A stretch of 64,000 nucleotides of DNA, from positions 217,249-281,248 of the forward strand of contig JAGORR010000001.1 of NCBI GenBank assembly GCA_018062765.1, in the 5' to 3' direction. The notes below the pieces were generated by a model. That model made no database searches, was not told where the DNA came from, and saw only the letters and a list, made by a program, of their open reading frames with translations. The first letter of the stretch is position 1. Each line of letters opens with the position of its first letter. The translations under genes were made by a program, and so were the position numbers. Origin of the DNA: Minisyncoccota bacterium (lineage in GTDB: Bacteria; Patescibacteriota; Minisyncoccia; Phycocordibacterales; Phycocordibacteraceae). Positions 26,405 to 35,092 of this stretch are shown piece by piece.

Positions 26405-27091
26405 GTGATTATTCAATCAATGGCCCTGGGTAATATAACGAGTCAAGTAATCTCAAAACAACGTGTTTCCGACCATGGTGAGGTACTAACGGCTGAGCGA
26501 GAGGTAAACGCCATGCTCGACATGGTGCGCCATGAGACCGAACGCATTGACTCCCGTTTCCTCGAGCCAGCTTGCGGCACAGGCAATTTCCTAGCTCCAG
26601 TGTACGAAAAAAAGCTTGCCGTCATTAAAAAGCGCTACGGTAAAAGCCAGCTAGAGTTTGAACGCTACGCCGTTACAGGCACAGGCTCCATCTATGGAGT
26701 GGACATTCTTGAGGACAACATAAAACTCTGCCGCAAGCGCCTGTTCGACATCTTTAACGAGCTCTACACGGCGCTCTACAAGAAAAGAAGCAAGGATGCT
26801 GTCCGCAGTGCAGTCCGCTTTGTTCTCAACAGAAACATTTTGTGGGGTGATGCACTTTCTCTTAAAACGGTGTCAAAACAGCCGATGCCCATCGTGTTCT
26901 CCGAGTGGTCTATGGTACGCGGTAGCATGATGAAAAGGCGCGACTTCTCGTTTGAGGAGCTTATGCCCGACAGCGCGGCAAAAGTGAGCCTGTTCAAGCA
27001 AGCAGAAATATCCGATCTTGGGACACCAGCGTTCATACCGACCCCTGTAAAAGAGTACCCACTTACTCATTTCCTTTCACTACACGTATGA
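26405..27091 (+). CDS. Eco57I/gamma-class N6-adenine DNA methyltransferase homolog lacking catalytic motif IV (SAM-binding pseudo-methyltransferase?)
   Basis: Motif X-like HGEVLTAEREV and a canonical motif I FLEPACGTGNFL. The expected (D/N)PP(Y/F) position reads NRNILWGD. 228 aa; may start at the internal ATG at 26420. Confidence 0.55.
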   Translation: MIIQSMALGNITSQVISKQRVSDHGEVLTAEREVNAMLDMVRHETERIDSRFLEPACGTGNFLAPVYEKKLAVIKKRYGKSQLEFERYAVTGTGSIYGVDILEDNIKLCRKRLFDIFNELYTALYKKRSKDAVRSAVRFVLNRNILWGDALSLKTVSKQPMPIVFSEWSMVRGSMMKRRDFSFEELMPDSAAKVSLFKQAEISDLGTPAFIPTPVKEYPLTHFLSLHV

Positions 27092-28578
27092 AAGTTCCGA
27101 CGAGCTACAACCCCGATGTTCTTACGTGTCTTGCCAACCTTAGCAACGACGAGGTGTTCACACCGCCAGCGTTGGTGAACCAAATACTCGACACCTTGCC
27201 GTCCGAAATTTGGCGAGACAAAACTGCCACTTTTCTTGATCCAGTCTCTAAGACAGGTGTTTTTCTGCGCGAAATAGTCCGCCGCCTCAATGATGGTCTG
27301 GTCAAAGAAATCCCCGACGCACAAGCACGGCTCGATCATATTTACACCAAGCAGGTGTTCGGCATCGCCATCACCGAGCTCACGGCACTGCTCTCGCGAC
27401 GCTCGCTTTACTGCTCGAAAGACGCAAGCGGCAAGTATTCAGTAAGTGAGGCGTTCAAAAGTGCTGACGGCAATGTACGCTTCGAGCGCACCGAGCATAG
27501 CTGGAAAGACGGTAAATGTGCCTTCTGTGGTGCAGGCCAGGCCGAGTATGATCGCGCCGAGGCGCTTGAGACCCATGCTTACCAGTTTATTCACACCGAC
27601 AACCCTAGTACACTGTTTAATAATATGAAGTTTGATGTAATTGTCGGCAATCCACCATATCAGTTGAGCGATGCTGGCGATAGCACGGGCGCATCGCCGA
27701 TATATCAACTCTTTGTTGAGCAAGCAAAGAAACTTCAACCACGCTTTTTGACAATGATTATTCCGTCGCGTTGGTTTGCAGGAGGGAAAGGGCTTGAGGG
27801 TTTTCGTGAAGATATGTTGAACGACGGACGAATCTCACATTTGGTGGACCATCCAATCGCGTCAGATGTTTTCCCCGGTATCAAATTGAATGGTGGTGCT
27901 TGCTATTTCCTATGGAATCGCGAATATCAGGGAGAATGCGAAGTAACCATAAAGATGAGCGGCATGGAGGATACAACAAAACGGCGACTCAATCAGTTCG
28001 ATACATTTGTTCGTTTCAACAAGGCAATCTCAATTTTGGATAAGGTGCAGTCGAAAAAGTATTCATCGTTGAGTGAGCTGGTATCACGACAAAAGCCGTT
28101 TGGACTCCGTACTTTTGAGCGTCCAACAGGAAAGGGTACTGTAAAGCTATACGCGAACAAAACCATTGGAAAGATTGAAAAGTCTGCAATAACCGTCGGG
28201 TTCGATATGTTGGATTCGTGGAAAGTATTTATTTCGATGGGCTATGGTGAAGGTGGCGAGGCGCGCGAATATCCGCGCATGATTTTGGGTAAACCCATCG
28301 TTGCTGCCCCGGGAATTGCATGTACAGAGACATATATTGTTGTTGGGAAATATAAGACAGAAAAAGAGGCAGAAAATCTTGCTAAATATTTACAAACGAA
28401 GTTCTTGCGATTCTTGGTCGCTCTTCGTAAAAACACGCAACACGTTACTAGAGATCGGTTTTTATTTGTGCCCGATTTGCCAATGAAAGAAGAATGGACA
28501 GACGAAAAGCTTAACAAGCTTTTCCGTCTGACAAAAGAGGAGATCGAATTCATTGACATGATCGTTCGTCCCATATAG
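27088..28578 (+). CDS. N6-adenine DNA methyltransferase, gamma class (Eco57I family)
   Basis: Motif X DEVFTPPALV, motif I region LDPVSKTGVFL (non-canonical), motif IV VIVGNPPYQ; 496 aa; start overlaps the upstream stop (ATGA). Confidence 0.8.
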   Translation: MKVPTSYNPDVLTCLANLSNDEVFTPPALVNQILDTLPSEIWRDKTATFLDPVSKTGVFLREIVRRLNDGLVKEIPDAQARLDHIYTKQVFGIAITELTALLSRRSLYCSKDASGKYSVSEAFKSADGNVRFERTEHSWKDGKCAFCGAGQAEYDRAEALETHAYQFIHTDNPSTLFNNMKFDVIVGNPPYQLSDAGDSTGASPIYQLFVEQAKKLQPRFLTMIIPSRWFAGGKGLEGFREDMLNDGRISHLVDHPIASDVFPGIKLNGGACYFLWNREYQGECEVTIKMSGMEDTTKRRLNQFDTFVRFNKAISILDKVQSKKYSSLSELVSRQKPFGLRTFERPTGKGTVKLYANKTIGKIEKSAITVGFDMLDSWKVFISMGYGEGGEAREYPRMILGKPIVAAPGIACTETYIVVGKYKTEKEAENLAKYLQTKFLRFLVALRKNTQHVTRDRFLFVPDLPMKEEWTDEKLNKLFRLTKEEIEFIDMIVRPI

Positions 28579-28580
28579 CT

Positions 28581-31094
28581 ATGGCCGATTTTTTTCCGCC
28601 ACGGCCGGAGGCAAAGCCTACTATCTACGCCTACAAGCTCAAAGGTGTGGAAACGCATGCTCATCTCCTCAAGGTGGGCTACACGACGCGCGATGCGCAA
28701 AGCCGCATTGCCGAACAGCTCACCACCGCGCGTTTGCAATACGAAATTGTTTTTGAAGAACCGGCTATGCGTGCCGATGGTTCGACATTTACAGATACCG
28801 ACGTGCATCGCCACTTGCGCGGAAAGCGCATCACGAATCCGGAAGGAGAGTGGTTTGAGTGTGGAGTGAAAGACGTGCGAGCAGCGTACGTTGCCATACG
28901 AGAGGGTGTGTTCAACGAAGAAAACCGCACACAAACATTCGGAATGCGCCCAGAGCAAGCCGATGCTGTGGTAAAAACCGCCGCGTATTTTACCGAGGCG
29001 CATGCTGACGGCAAGCAAACACCGCATTTTTTATGGAATGCCAAAATGCGCTTCGGGAAAACATTCACCACGTACCAGCTCGCCAAAAAGATGGGATGGA
29101 GGAGGGTGTTAGTGCTCACCTTTAAGCCCGCCGTGCACAATTCCTGGCACGAGGATTTGATGAACCATGTAGATTTTGAGGGATGGCAGTTTGTCTCGCG
29201 ACGGGGGAATACGCTCAATCATGCTGACATTGATGAAAAGAAACCATTTGTCGTATTTGGTTCGTTCCAGGATTTTCTCGGAAAAAACAGCGCAGGCGGG
29301 ATAAAAGCAAAGAATGAGTGGGTACACGAGACAACATGGGATGCTGTCGTCTTTGATGAATACCACTATGGTGCGTGGCGCGAGAGCGCGAAGGATTTGT
29401 TTGTCGGTGAGGAAAAAGACGTACGCAAGGACGAAGAGGGTGAGGCGTTGGAGTACTTTGACGAGCGCGCAGTGCCGATAAAGACCGGCGCGTATCTCTA
29501 CCTTTCGGGTACCCCATTTCGGGCTATTGCGAGCGGAGAATTTATCGAAGAGCAGATTTTCAACTGGACGTACAGTGACGAACAGCGGGCAAAAGAAGAG
29601 TGGGACAGTGCGAAGGGACCCAACCCATATGCGTCGTTGCCACGGATGGTGATGCTCACCTATCAGTTACCTGATGCTATACGTGAAGTGGCGATGGGTG
29701 GGGAGTTCAATCAGTTTGATTTGAGCCAGTTTTTTGCTGCAGAAGGAAAGGGCAAGAGCGCGAAATTTTTGTATAAAGACGAAGTGCAAAAGTGGCTGGA
29801 TTTGATTCGCGGTGCGTTTGCTGAAACTACCGTAGACAATTTGAAGCTGGGAGCGAAGAAGCCTGCGTTGCCGTTTTCTGACACGCGGCTTTTGAATGTG
29901 CTATCGCACACGTTTTGGTTTTTGCCGAGTGTAGCGGCCTGTCATGCTATGGCGAATTTGCTCAAGCAACGACAGAACAAGTTTTTTAACGAGTACGAGG
30001 TGATTGTGGCAGCGGGTACGGCGGCGGGAATTGGCGTGGCGGCGCTTGAGCCTGTGCTGAGGAAGATGGGCGAGCCCTTGAAGACGCGCACAATTACGCT
30101 TTCGTGCGGCAAACTGACGACGGGTGTATCCGTGAAGCCATGGACAGGTATTTTTATGCTGCGCAATGTAGCGAGCCCCGAGACATATTTTCAGGCGGCT
30201 TTTCGCGTGCAGACACCGTGGACTGTGCCGAATCCGGAGGGCAACGCGCCAAATCGTGAAGAAATCATCAAGCAGGAATGCTATGTTTTCGATTTTGCTC
30301 CGGATCGCGCTTTGCGACAGATTGCCGAGTATAGTTCTAGACTCAATTTGGATGATTCGGTCAGTCCCGAGAAAAAGGTGGAGGAGTTTATTCACTTCTT
30401 GCCGGTCTTGGCCTATGACGGAAGCGCGATGAATCAGATAGACGCGGCGGGAATTTTGGATATGGCGATGAGCGGGACCACTGCCACGTTGCTTGCGCGG
30501 CGTTGGGAGAGTGCGCTTTTGGTGAATGTCGACAACTATACTCTGGCGCGCTTGATGAACAGTGATGAAGCGATGCAGGCATTGATGAGTATTGAAGGCT
30601 TTCGTGCTCTGAATCAAGATATTGAGACTATCATCAACAAGTCCGGTGTGGTGGAGAAACTGAAAAAAGAAGCGAACGATCGGACGTTGACGAAGAAAGA
30701 AACAGAGTCATTGAGCGACGCCGAAAAAGAATTGAAGGGCAAGCGTAAGCAGGTGCAGGAAAAGCTCATCAAATTTGCAACTCGCATTCCGGTGTTTATG
30801 TATCTCACCGACTACCGCGAGCATACTTTGAAGGACGTAATCAATGAGCTTGAGCCGGACTTGTTTAAACGCGTTACCGGTCTTACTAAAAAGGACTTCG
30901 AGCTCTTGGTGAGCTTAGGTGTATTCAACGATTCGTTGATGAACGACGCGGTTTACAAATTCCGTCGATATGAGGATGCGAGTTTGGCGTACACCGGCAT
31001 AAACAGGCACGAAGGGGAGAATGTTGGTCTTTTTAGCACAGTCCTTTCTGTAAAAGAATACGACCAAACATTCATAAATACTCCAGAAGAGTAG
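28581..31094 (+). CDS. GIY-YIG (T5orf172-like) nuclease domain fused to an SF2 (SNF2/ResIII-like) helicase
   Basis: N-terminus TIYAYKLKGVETHAHLLKVGYTTRD...EGEWFE. Helicase motifs: Q-like TFGMRPEQADAV, I NAKMRFGKTFT, II VVFDEYHYG, III LSGTPF, V LTTGVSV, VI QAAFRVQTP. 837 aa. Confidence 0.6.
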   Translation: MADFFPPRPEAKPTIYAYKLKGVETHAHLLKVGYTTRDAQSRIAEQLTTARLQYEIVFEEPAMRADGSTFTDTDVHRHLRGKRITNPEGEWFECGVKDVRAAYVAIREGVFNEENRTQTFGMRPEQADAVVKTAAYFTEAHADGKQTPHFLWNAKMRFGKTFTTYQLAKKMGWRRVLVLTFKPAVHNSWHEDLMNHVDFEGWQFVSRRGNTLNHADIDEKKPFVVFGSFQDFLGKNSAGGIKAKNEWVHETTWDAVVFDEYHYGAWRESAKDLFVGEEKDVRKDEEGEALEYFDERAVPIKTGAYLYLSGTPFRAIASGEFIEEQIFNWTYSDEQRAKEEWDSAKGPNPYASLPRMVMLTYQLPDAIREVAMGGEFNQFDLSQFFAAEGKGKSAKFLYKDEVQKWLDLIRGAFAETTVDNLKLGAKKPALPFSDTRLLNVLSHTFWFLPSVAACHAMANLLKQRQNKFFNEYEVIVAAGTAAGIGVAALEPVLRKMGEPLKTRTITLSCGKLTTGVSVKPWTGIFMLRNVASPETYFQAAFRVQTPWTVPNPEGNAPNREEIIKQECYVFDFAPDRALRQIAEYSSRLNLDDSVSPEKKVEEFIHFLPVLAYDGSAMNQIDAAGILDMAMSGTTATLLARRWESALLVNVDNYTLARLMNSDEAMQALMSIEGFRALNQDIETIINKSGVVEKLKKEANDRTLTKKETESLSDAEKELKGKRKQVQEKLIKFATRIPVFMYLTDYREHTLKDVINELEPDLFKRVTGLTKKDFELLVSLGVFNDSLMNDAVYKFRRYEDASLAYTGINRHEGENVGLFSTVLSVKEYDQTFINTPEE

Positions 31095-31103
31095 TAAAAA
31101 TCT

Positions 31104-31991
31104 ATGGCACTTTTTCAATCAAAAAACGATAAGGTTACACAGGTCGGTATAGACCTGTCGCAATTTAGAAACGAGGCTGCCCTACGAGATTTTTTTGCTG
31201 GAAATCTTGAGGAACTTTTAGGACTTCGATTTCTTGCGAATGAATACAGAACCACAGATGGGCGTATAGACACCTTGGCAATTGATGAGGTGGGTACTCC
31301 GGTAATAATTGAGTACAAATGGGATGAGAACGATGCTATTCTCCCGCAAGGCTTGTCCTACATGGCTTGGCTAAAAGACAATAAACGTTTATACGATTTG
31401 CTCGTATCAGATAGACTAGGGAAAGATATCAAAGTGTTTTGGGACATTCCGCGTCTCATTCTTGTAGCACAGCGCTTTGATCGTCGCACGCTCGCTGCCG
31501 CCGGAGAAGCGAAAAATAGTGTTGAACTCATTAAATATACACCTTACGACTCGGGCATATTACATCTTGAAACAGTTTACGGTTCTGAAAAAGTAAGAAC
31601 AGTTTCAGAAACAGTAGCTAAATTGTCATCAAAAGGTGTCAAATATTCTCTCGACCATCATTTAAATAGGGTAAACGAGGATGTTAAGCAGATGTTCTAC
31701 GCTCTTCAAGCAGAAATTCTTAAATGGACAAACGTAGACGAGAGGATCGATCAAAAAGTAGGGATAACGTATCGTACGACCAAGAGTTTCGTCCGTTTCG
31801 AGTTCGGTAAGAGCTATGTGAATGTTTTGGTACGAGACCCACGCTACGATCACAAAATTGACCCGAAAGGTCTATTGAAGGATGTGTCCTCGTTCGGCTG
31901 GGGTTATAAGGGGGTTGCTAAATTGAAATCGAAAGAGGATGTACAGGATGTTCTTGAGTTAGTGCGGGCATCGTACGAATCTACCCTATAA
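31104..31991 (+). CDS. PD-(D/E)xK (NucS/DUF91-like) nuclease domain plus a DUF5655-like C-terminal domain protein
   Basis: GRIDTLAIDEVGTPVIIEYKWDE fits a D...(E/D)xK core. C-terminal region resembles DUF5655. 295 aa. Confidence 0.45.
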   Translation: MALFQSKNDKVTQVGIDLSQFRNEAALRDFFAGNLEELLGLRFLANEYRTTDGRIDTLAIDEVGTPVIIEYKWDENDAILPQGLSYMAWLKDNKRLYDLLVSDRLGKDIKVFWDIPRLILVAQRFDRRTLAAAGEAKNSVELIKYTPYDSGILHLETVYGSEKVRTVSETVAKLSSKGVKYSLDHHLNRVNEDVKQMFYALQAEILKWTNVDERIDQKVGITYRTTKSFVRFEFGKSYVNVLVRDPRYDHKIDPKGLLKDVSSFGWGYKGVAKLKSKEDVQDVLELVRASYESTL

Positions 31992-32147
31992 CGAGAGGCA
32001 ATTTATATTGCATGTTGCTAAACCTAGTTCTAAGCAGGTGCTAGTTTCAATCAATAGATAAGCGATATTTTTGGCTATTTACATGACAAATGGCTGTGAG
32101 ACAATTATTGGGAATCGGCGTAAGAAACCGCTCCTCACATCGTCTTC

Positions 32148-33518
32148 ATGCAAGTGTCTGTCATTTTCCGCGCTCTTGGTGCTTTCATAGCGCTTTTGGG
32201 ACTTCTCCTTACCCCGTACTCCGCATTCGCCTCACTTAACGGCGATGCGGGCGTATACGCGGACGCTTCTGATCGCCGCGGGCTTTCTGTCTCAGCGTCT
32301 ACCGCCATCGATGGTCTTGGTACTAGCCCCGCATCTGTCGTACCCATGCCGATTCTTTTCGGCGTTTCGGTAGCGAATGTAAAGTCGGATTTCGGGGACC
32401 CGCGCGGCGGGGGAACGCGCACGCACGAGGGCCAGGACTTTATGGCACCTTCCGGGACGCCTATCGTCTCTCCAACTGATGCCGTAGTGCTTAAAACCGG
32501 CTCTGGTCCGACCTCAGGCAAGTACGTCTACACCGCAAACCCGGGCGGGGAGACCTTCGTTTACATGCACCTCTCCGAGATTGCGACTATCGCGGCCGGA
32601 CAGAAGCTTGAGGCGGGGGACGTCATCGGGTACGTAGGGGACACGGGGAACGCAAAGGGTGCTGGCGCGCACCTTCACTTTGAGATTCGTAAGAACCGCG
32701 TGCCGCAGGACCCGTACCCGCGCCTTGCCGACGAGTTTTCTATAGAAGAGAAAATGGAATTTCTCGCAGGTGTGTTTAAGGATTCGGACAACGACACGAG
32801 GCTCGCGGAGCTTCTGGTTGAGACGAGCCGAGGCGAGTTCCTACTAGCGAAGAAAGAGGGTATCGATATTCCAAGCTCGATAGAAGTCGCGCTTGGAGGT
32901 ACGCCAACCAAGAAAGTTGCGGAGGCTGACGATGAAGAGCTTTCGAATGCATCTTCCGTCACTACATCCGTTGGAACTTCTGACCTCGAGCTTGAGGACG
33001 AGGGCCCTGAAGTGGTTGCGATGCAGAAGCTTCTTATTGCGGCAGGAACGGGCCCTGCAGCTAAAGCGCTCGCGGAGGCGGGCGCGACCGGATTCTTTGG
33101 CCCGGCAACCGAGAAGGCACTCATCGAATACCAAAAGACTACAGGGATAAGTCCTGCAGCCGGGTACTTTGGAGCAAAGACGCGCGCAGCGCTTGCGCAT
33201 GGCGCGCCAGCAAAAGCCGCAACTGTCGCCGCTGCAACTCCATCTCCCAAGCCCGCAGCAGACGCATCTGTCGCGAGGGTACTTCCAAATGTTGACCTAG
33301 AAGCGGGTGCTTCCGGTTCCGAGGTGAAGGCTCTTCAGAACGTCATAATTTCGCTGGCAGCAGGAGAGAAAGCAGCGGCACTTAAGGAGGCGGGAGCGAC
33401 CGGATACTTCGGCCCTGCAACGCGCGAGGCACTTGTTGAGCTTCAGAAAGCGAGGGGTATCGCGCCAGCCACAGGGTACTTCGGCAGCCTGACCCGTAAT
33501 ACGCTCGCGGCAAAATAG
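32148..33518 (+). CDS. secreted M23/LytM-family metallopeptidase with two C-terminal peptidoglycan-binding (PG_binding_1) domains
   Basis: Signal peptide. HEGQDF...GDTGNAKGAGAHLHFEI (HxxxD / HxH). Two repeats of G.EV.A.Q..L...G.....G..GFFGPAT..AL..YQ. Confidence 0.85.
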   Translation: MQVSVIFRALGAFIALLGLLLTPYSAFASLNGDAGVYADASDRRGLSVSASTAIDGLGTSPASVVPMPILFGVSVANVKSDFGDPRGGGTRTHEGQDFMAPSGTPIVSPTDAVVLKTGSGPTSGKYVYTANPGGETFVYMHLSEIATIAAGQKLEAGDVIGYVGDTGNAKGAGAHLHFEIRKNRVPQDPYPRLADEFSIEEKMEFLAGVFKDSDNDTRLAELLVETSRGEFLLAKKEGIDIPSSIEVALGGTPTKKVAEADDEELSNASSVTTSVGTSDLELEDEGPEVVAMQKLLIAAGTGPAAKALAEAGATGFFGPATEKALIEYQKTTGISPAAGYFGAKTRAALAHGAPAKAATVAAATPSPKPAADASVARVLPNVDLEAGASGSEVKALQNVIISLAAGEKAAALKEAGATGYFGPATREALVELQKARGIAPATGYFGSLTRNTLAAK

Positions 33519-33540
33519 ATTTTCATATACATAGTTGAAA

Positions 33541-33568
33541 AGGCCCTTCGTAAGAAGGGCCTTTTGTG
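33541..33568. terminator. bidirectional terminator
   Basis: AAAAGGCCCTTC-gtaa-GAAGGGCCTTTT. Confidence 0.5.
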
Positions 33569-33892
33569 TCAGGAGGTTGGTAGCTCGAATTTCTCGCGGA
33601 GCAGGTGGGCGATTCCCGCGATCATCAGGCGCCGCGTCAGTGGCGATGGTATGGGACCATTCGCAAGCCAGTTATCGATGGTTACAGGCGCCGTGCCAAG
33701 CTCTCTGTTGAGTTCCTCGTACGTGACGCCGTACGCGAGCGCGAGTCGGATGGTGGTGAGCCAGGCTTCGCTCTGCGCCTCGGACTCGGTCCACCAGCCG
33801 TCCGCTTGCTCCTCAAGCATCTTCACGAACGCCGGAATTGACGCGCGCACGAAGCTCGTAACCGCCTCGGGCAAATCAGGTACTTTGGACAT
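33569..33892 (-). CDS. hypothetical HTH-containing protein
   Basis: GVTYEELNRELGTAPVTIDNWLANG HTH-like segment; 107 aa. Confidence 0.4.
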   Translation of the reverse strand: MSKVPDLPEAVTSFVRASIPAFVKMLEEQADGWWTESEAQSEAWLTTIRLALAYGVTYEELNRELGTAPVTIDNWLANGPIPSPLTRRLMIAGIAHLLREKFELPTS

Positions 33893-34333
33893 CTAGATTC
33901 TCCGCTTTATGTCTGTCGGCACGCTACCACAGCGCGGCTTGCCGCGCGAGGCAGTGAAGCGTACGCTCGGGGCAGGCAGTACAGGAGGGAATTATGTATG
34001 ACGCGATACTCGTTGCCTCGGTAAACGAGGCACTGCGCGCGGGAATCTTATTTCCCGCGATTGCTATCCCGTTTGGGGCTGGCGACGGAGAACTCTGTTA
34101 CTGCTTTCGGGAATCGGGCGAGATGACGGATGAGGCGGTCGAGGACCTGCTTTCGCGCTCGGTGGTCCATAAGGGCCGGGGTGAGCGAGTCTTTCATCTG
34201 CAGCACATGGCGTCGTCCTCGAATAATCCGCTCCCGTTTGGTCTCACGTTCCTCTACTTCGCGACCTGACGCGGCAGCCCATGGCTGCCGCGTTTTCATT
34301 GCGCGCCACTCCTGACGCGCATAGTATAAGACC

Positions 34334-34699
34334 ATGCATACACACCTATATATCGTTGCTGGACTTGCGCTGGTTATTGGATTTGCAGGAGGGCATTATT
34401 TCGGGAACAAGGGCTCGTATATGGAGGAGAGAAAGGAGCACAGAAGCGGAGAGTACAGCATGCACGGGCAGATGGATGATATGACTGCCTCCTTGTCAGG
34501 AAAAACGGGTGACGAATTCGACAAAGCCTTTCTCGAAGAGATGATTGTGCACCACGAGGGTGCGGTCGACATGGCGAATATGGCGCTTGCGAGCGCCGGA
34601 CACGAAGAAATCAAGGCCATGTCGCGCGATATTATCGACGCGCAGACCAAGGAGATTGCAACAATGAAGGAATGGCTGAATACCTGGTACGCTGAGTGA
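34334..34699 (+). CDS. DUF305-family (CopM-like) metal-binding protein
   Basis: DxxFLEEMIVHHEGAVDMA....HEE...SRDIIDAQTKEIATMKEWL pattern of DUF305. N-terminal TM. His/Met-rich segment. Confidence 0.7.
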   Translation: MHTHLYIVAGLALVIGFAGGHYFGNKGSYMEERKEHRSGEYSMHGQMDDMTASLSGKTGDEFDKAFLEEMIVHHEGAVDMANMALASAGHEEIKAMSRDIIDAQTKEIATMKEWLNTWYAE

Positions 34700-34700
34700 T

Positions 34701-35087
34701 ATGAAAATTGATGCTATCGGAGTGACGAGCCGGAACCTAGTGAAATCGGTCGCGTTCTATACGGTTCTCGGGTTCAAGTTCCGGAAGCCCAAAGTTGATG
34801 ACCTCCATATTGAAGCGAAGCGGCGCGCAGGTGAGCCGCGCTTCATGATAGACAGTGCAAAACTTATGACCGAGATTATCGGAGCGCCCTCGCGCCCTGC
34901 AAACCACGCAGCGTTCGCACTCCTCTGTAAGAATGCGAAGGAAGTAGACGCGGTAGCGGCAAAGGTAAAGAAGGCGGGTTTCAAAATCGAGAAAAAGCCG
35001 TGGGACGCGGTATGGGGCCAGCGCTACGCTGTCGTCCGTGACCCGGACGGCTATTTGGTCGACCTCTTCGCGCCCCTCAAGAAATAG
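34701..35087 (+). CDS. VOC/glyoxalase-bleomycin-resistance family protein
   Basis: 128 aa; beta-alpha-beta-beta-beta module pattern (ALLCKNAKEVDAVAAKV...RDPDGYLVDL). Confidence 0.65.
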   Translation: MKIDAIGVTSRNLVKSVAFYTVLGFKFRKPKVDDLHIEAKRRAGEPRFMIDSAKLMTEIIGAPSRPANHAAFALLCKNAKEVDAVAAKVKKAGFKIEKKPWDAVWGQRYAVVRDPDGYLVDLFAPLKK

Positions 35088-35092
35088 CCGCA

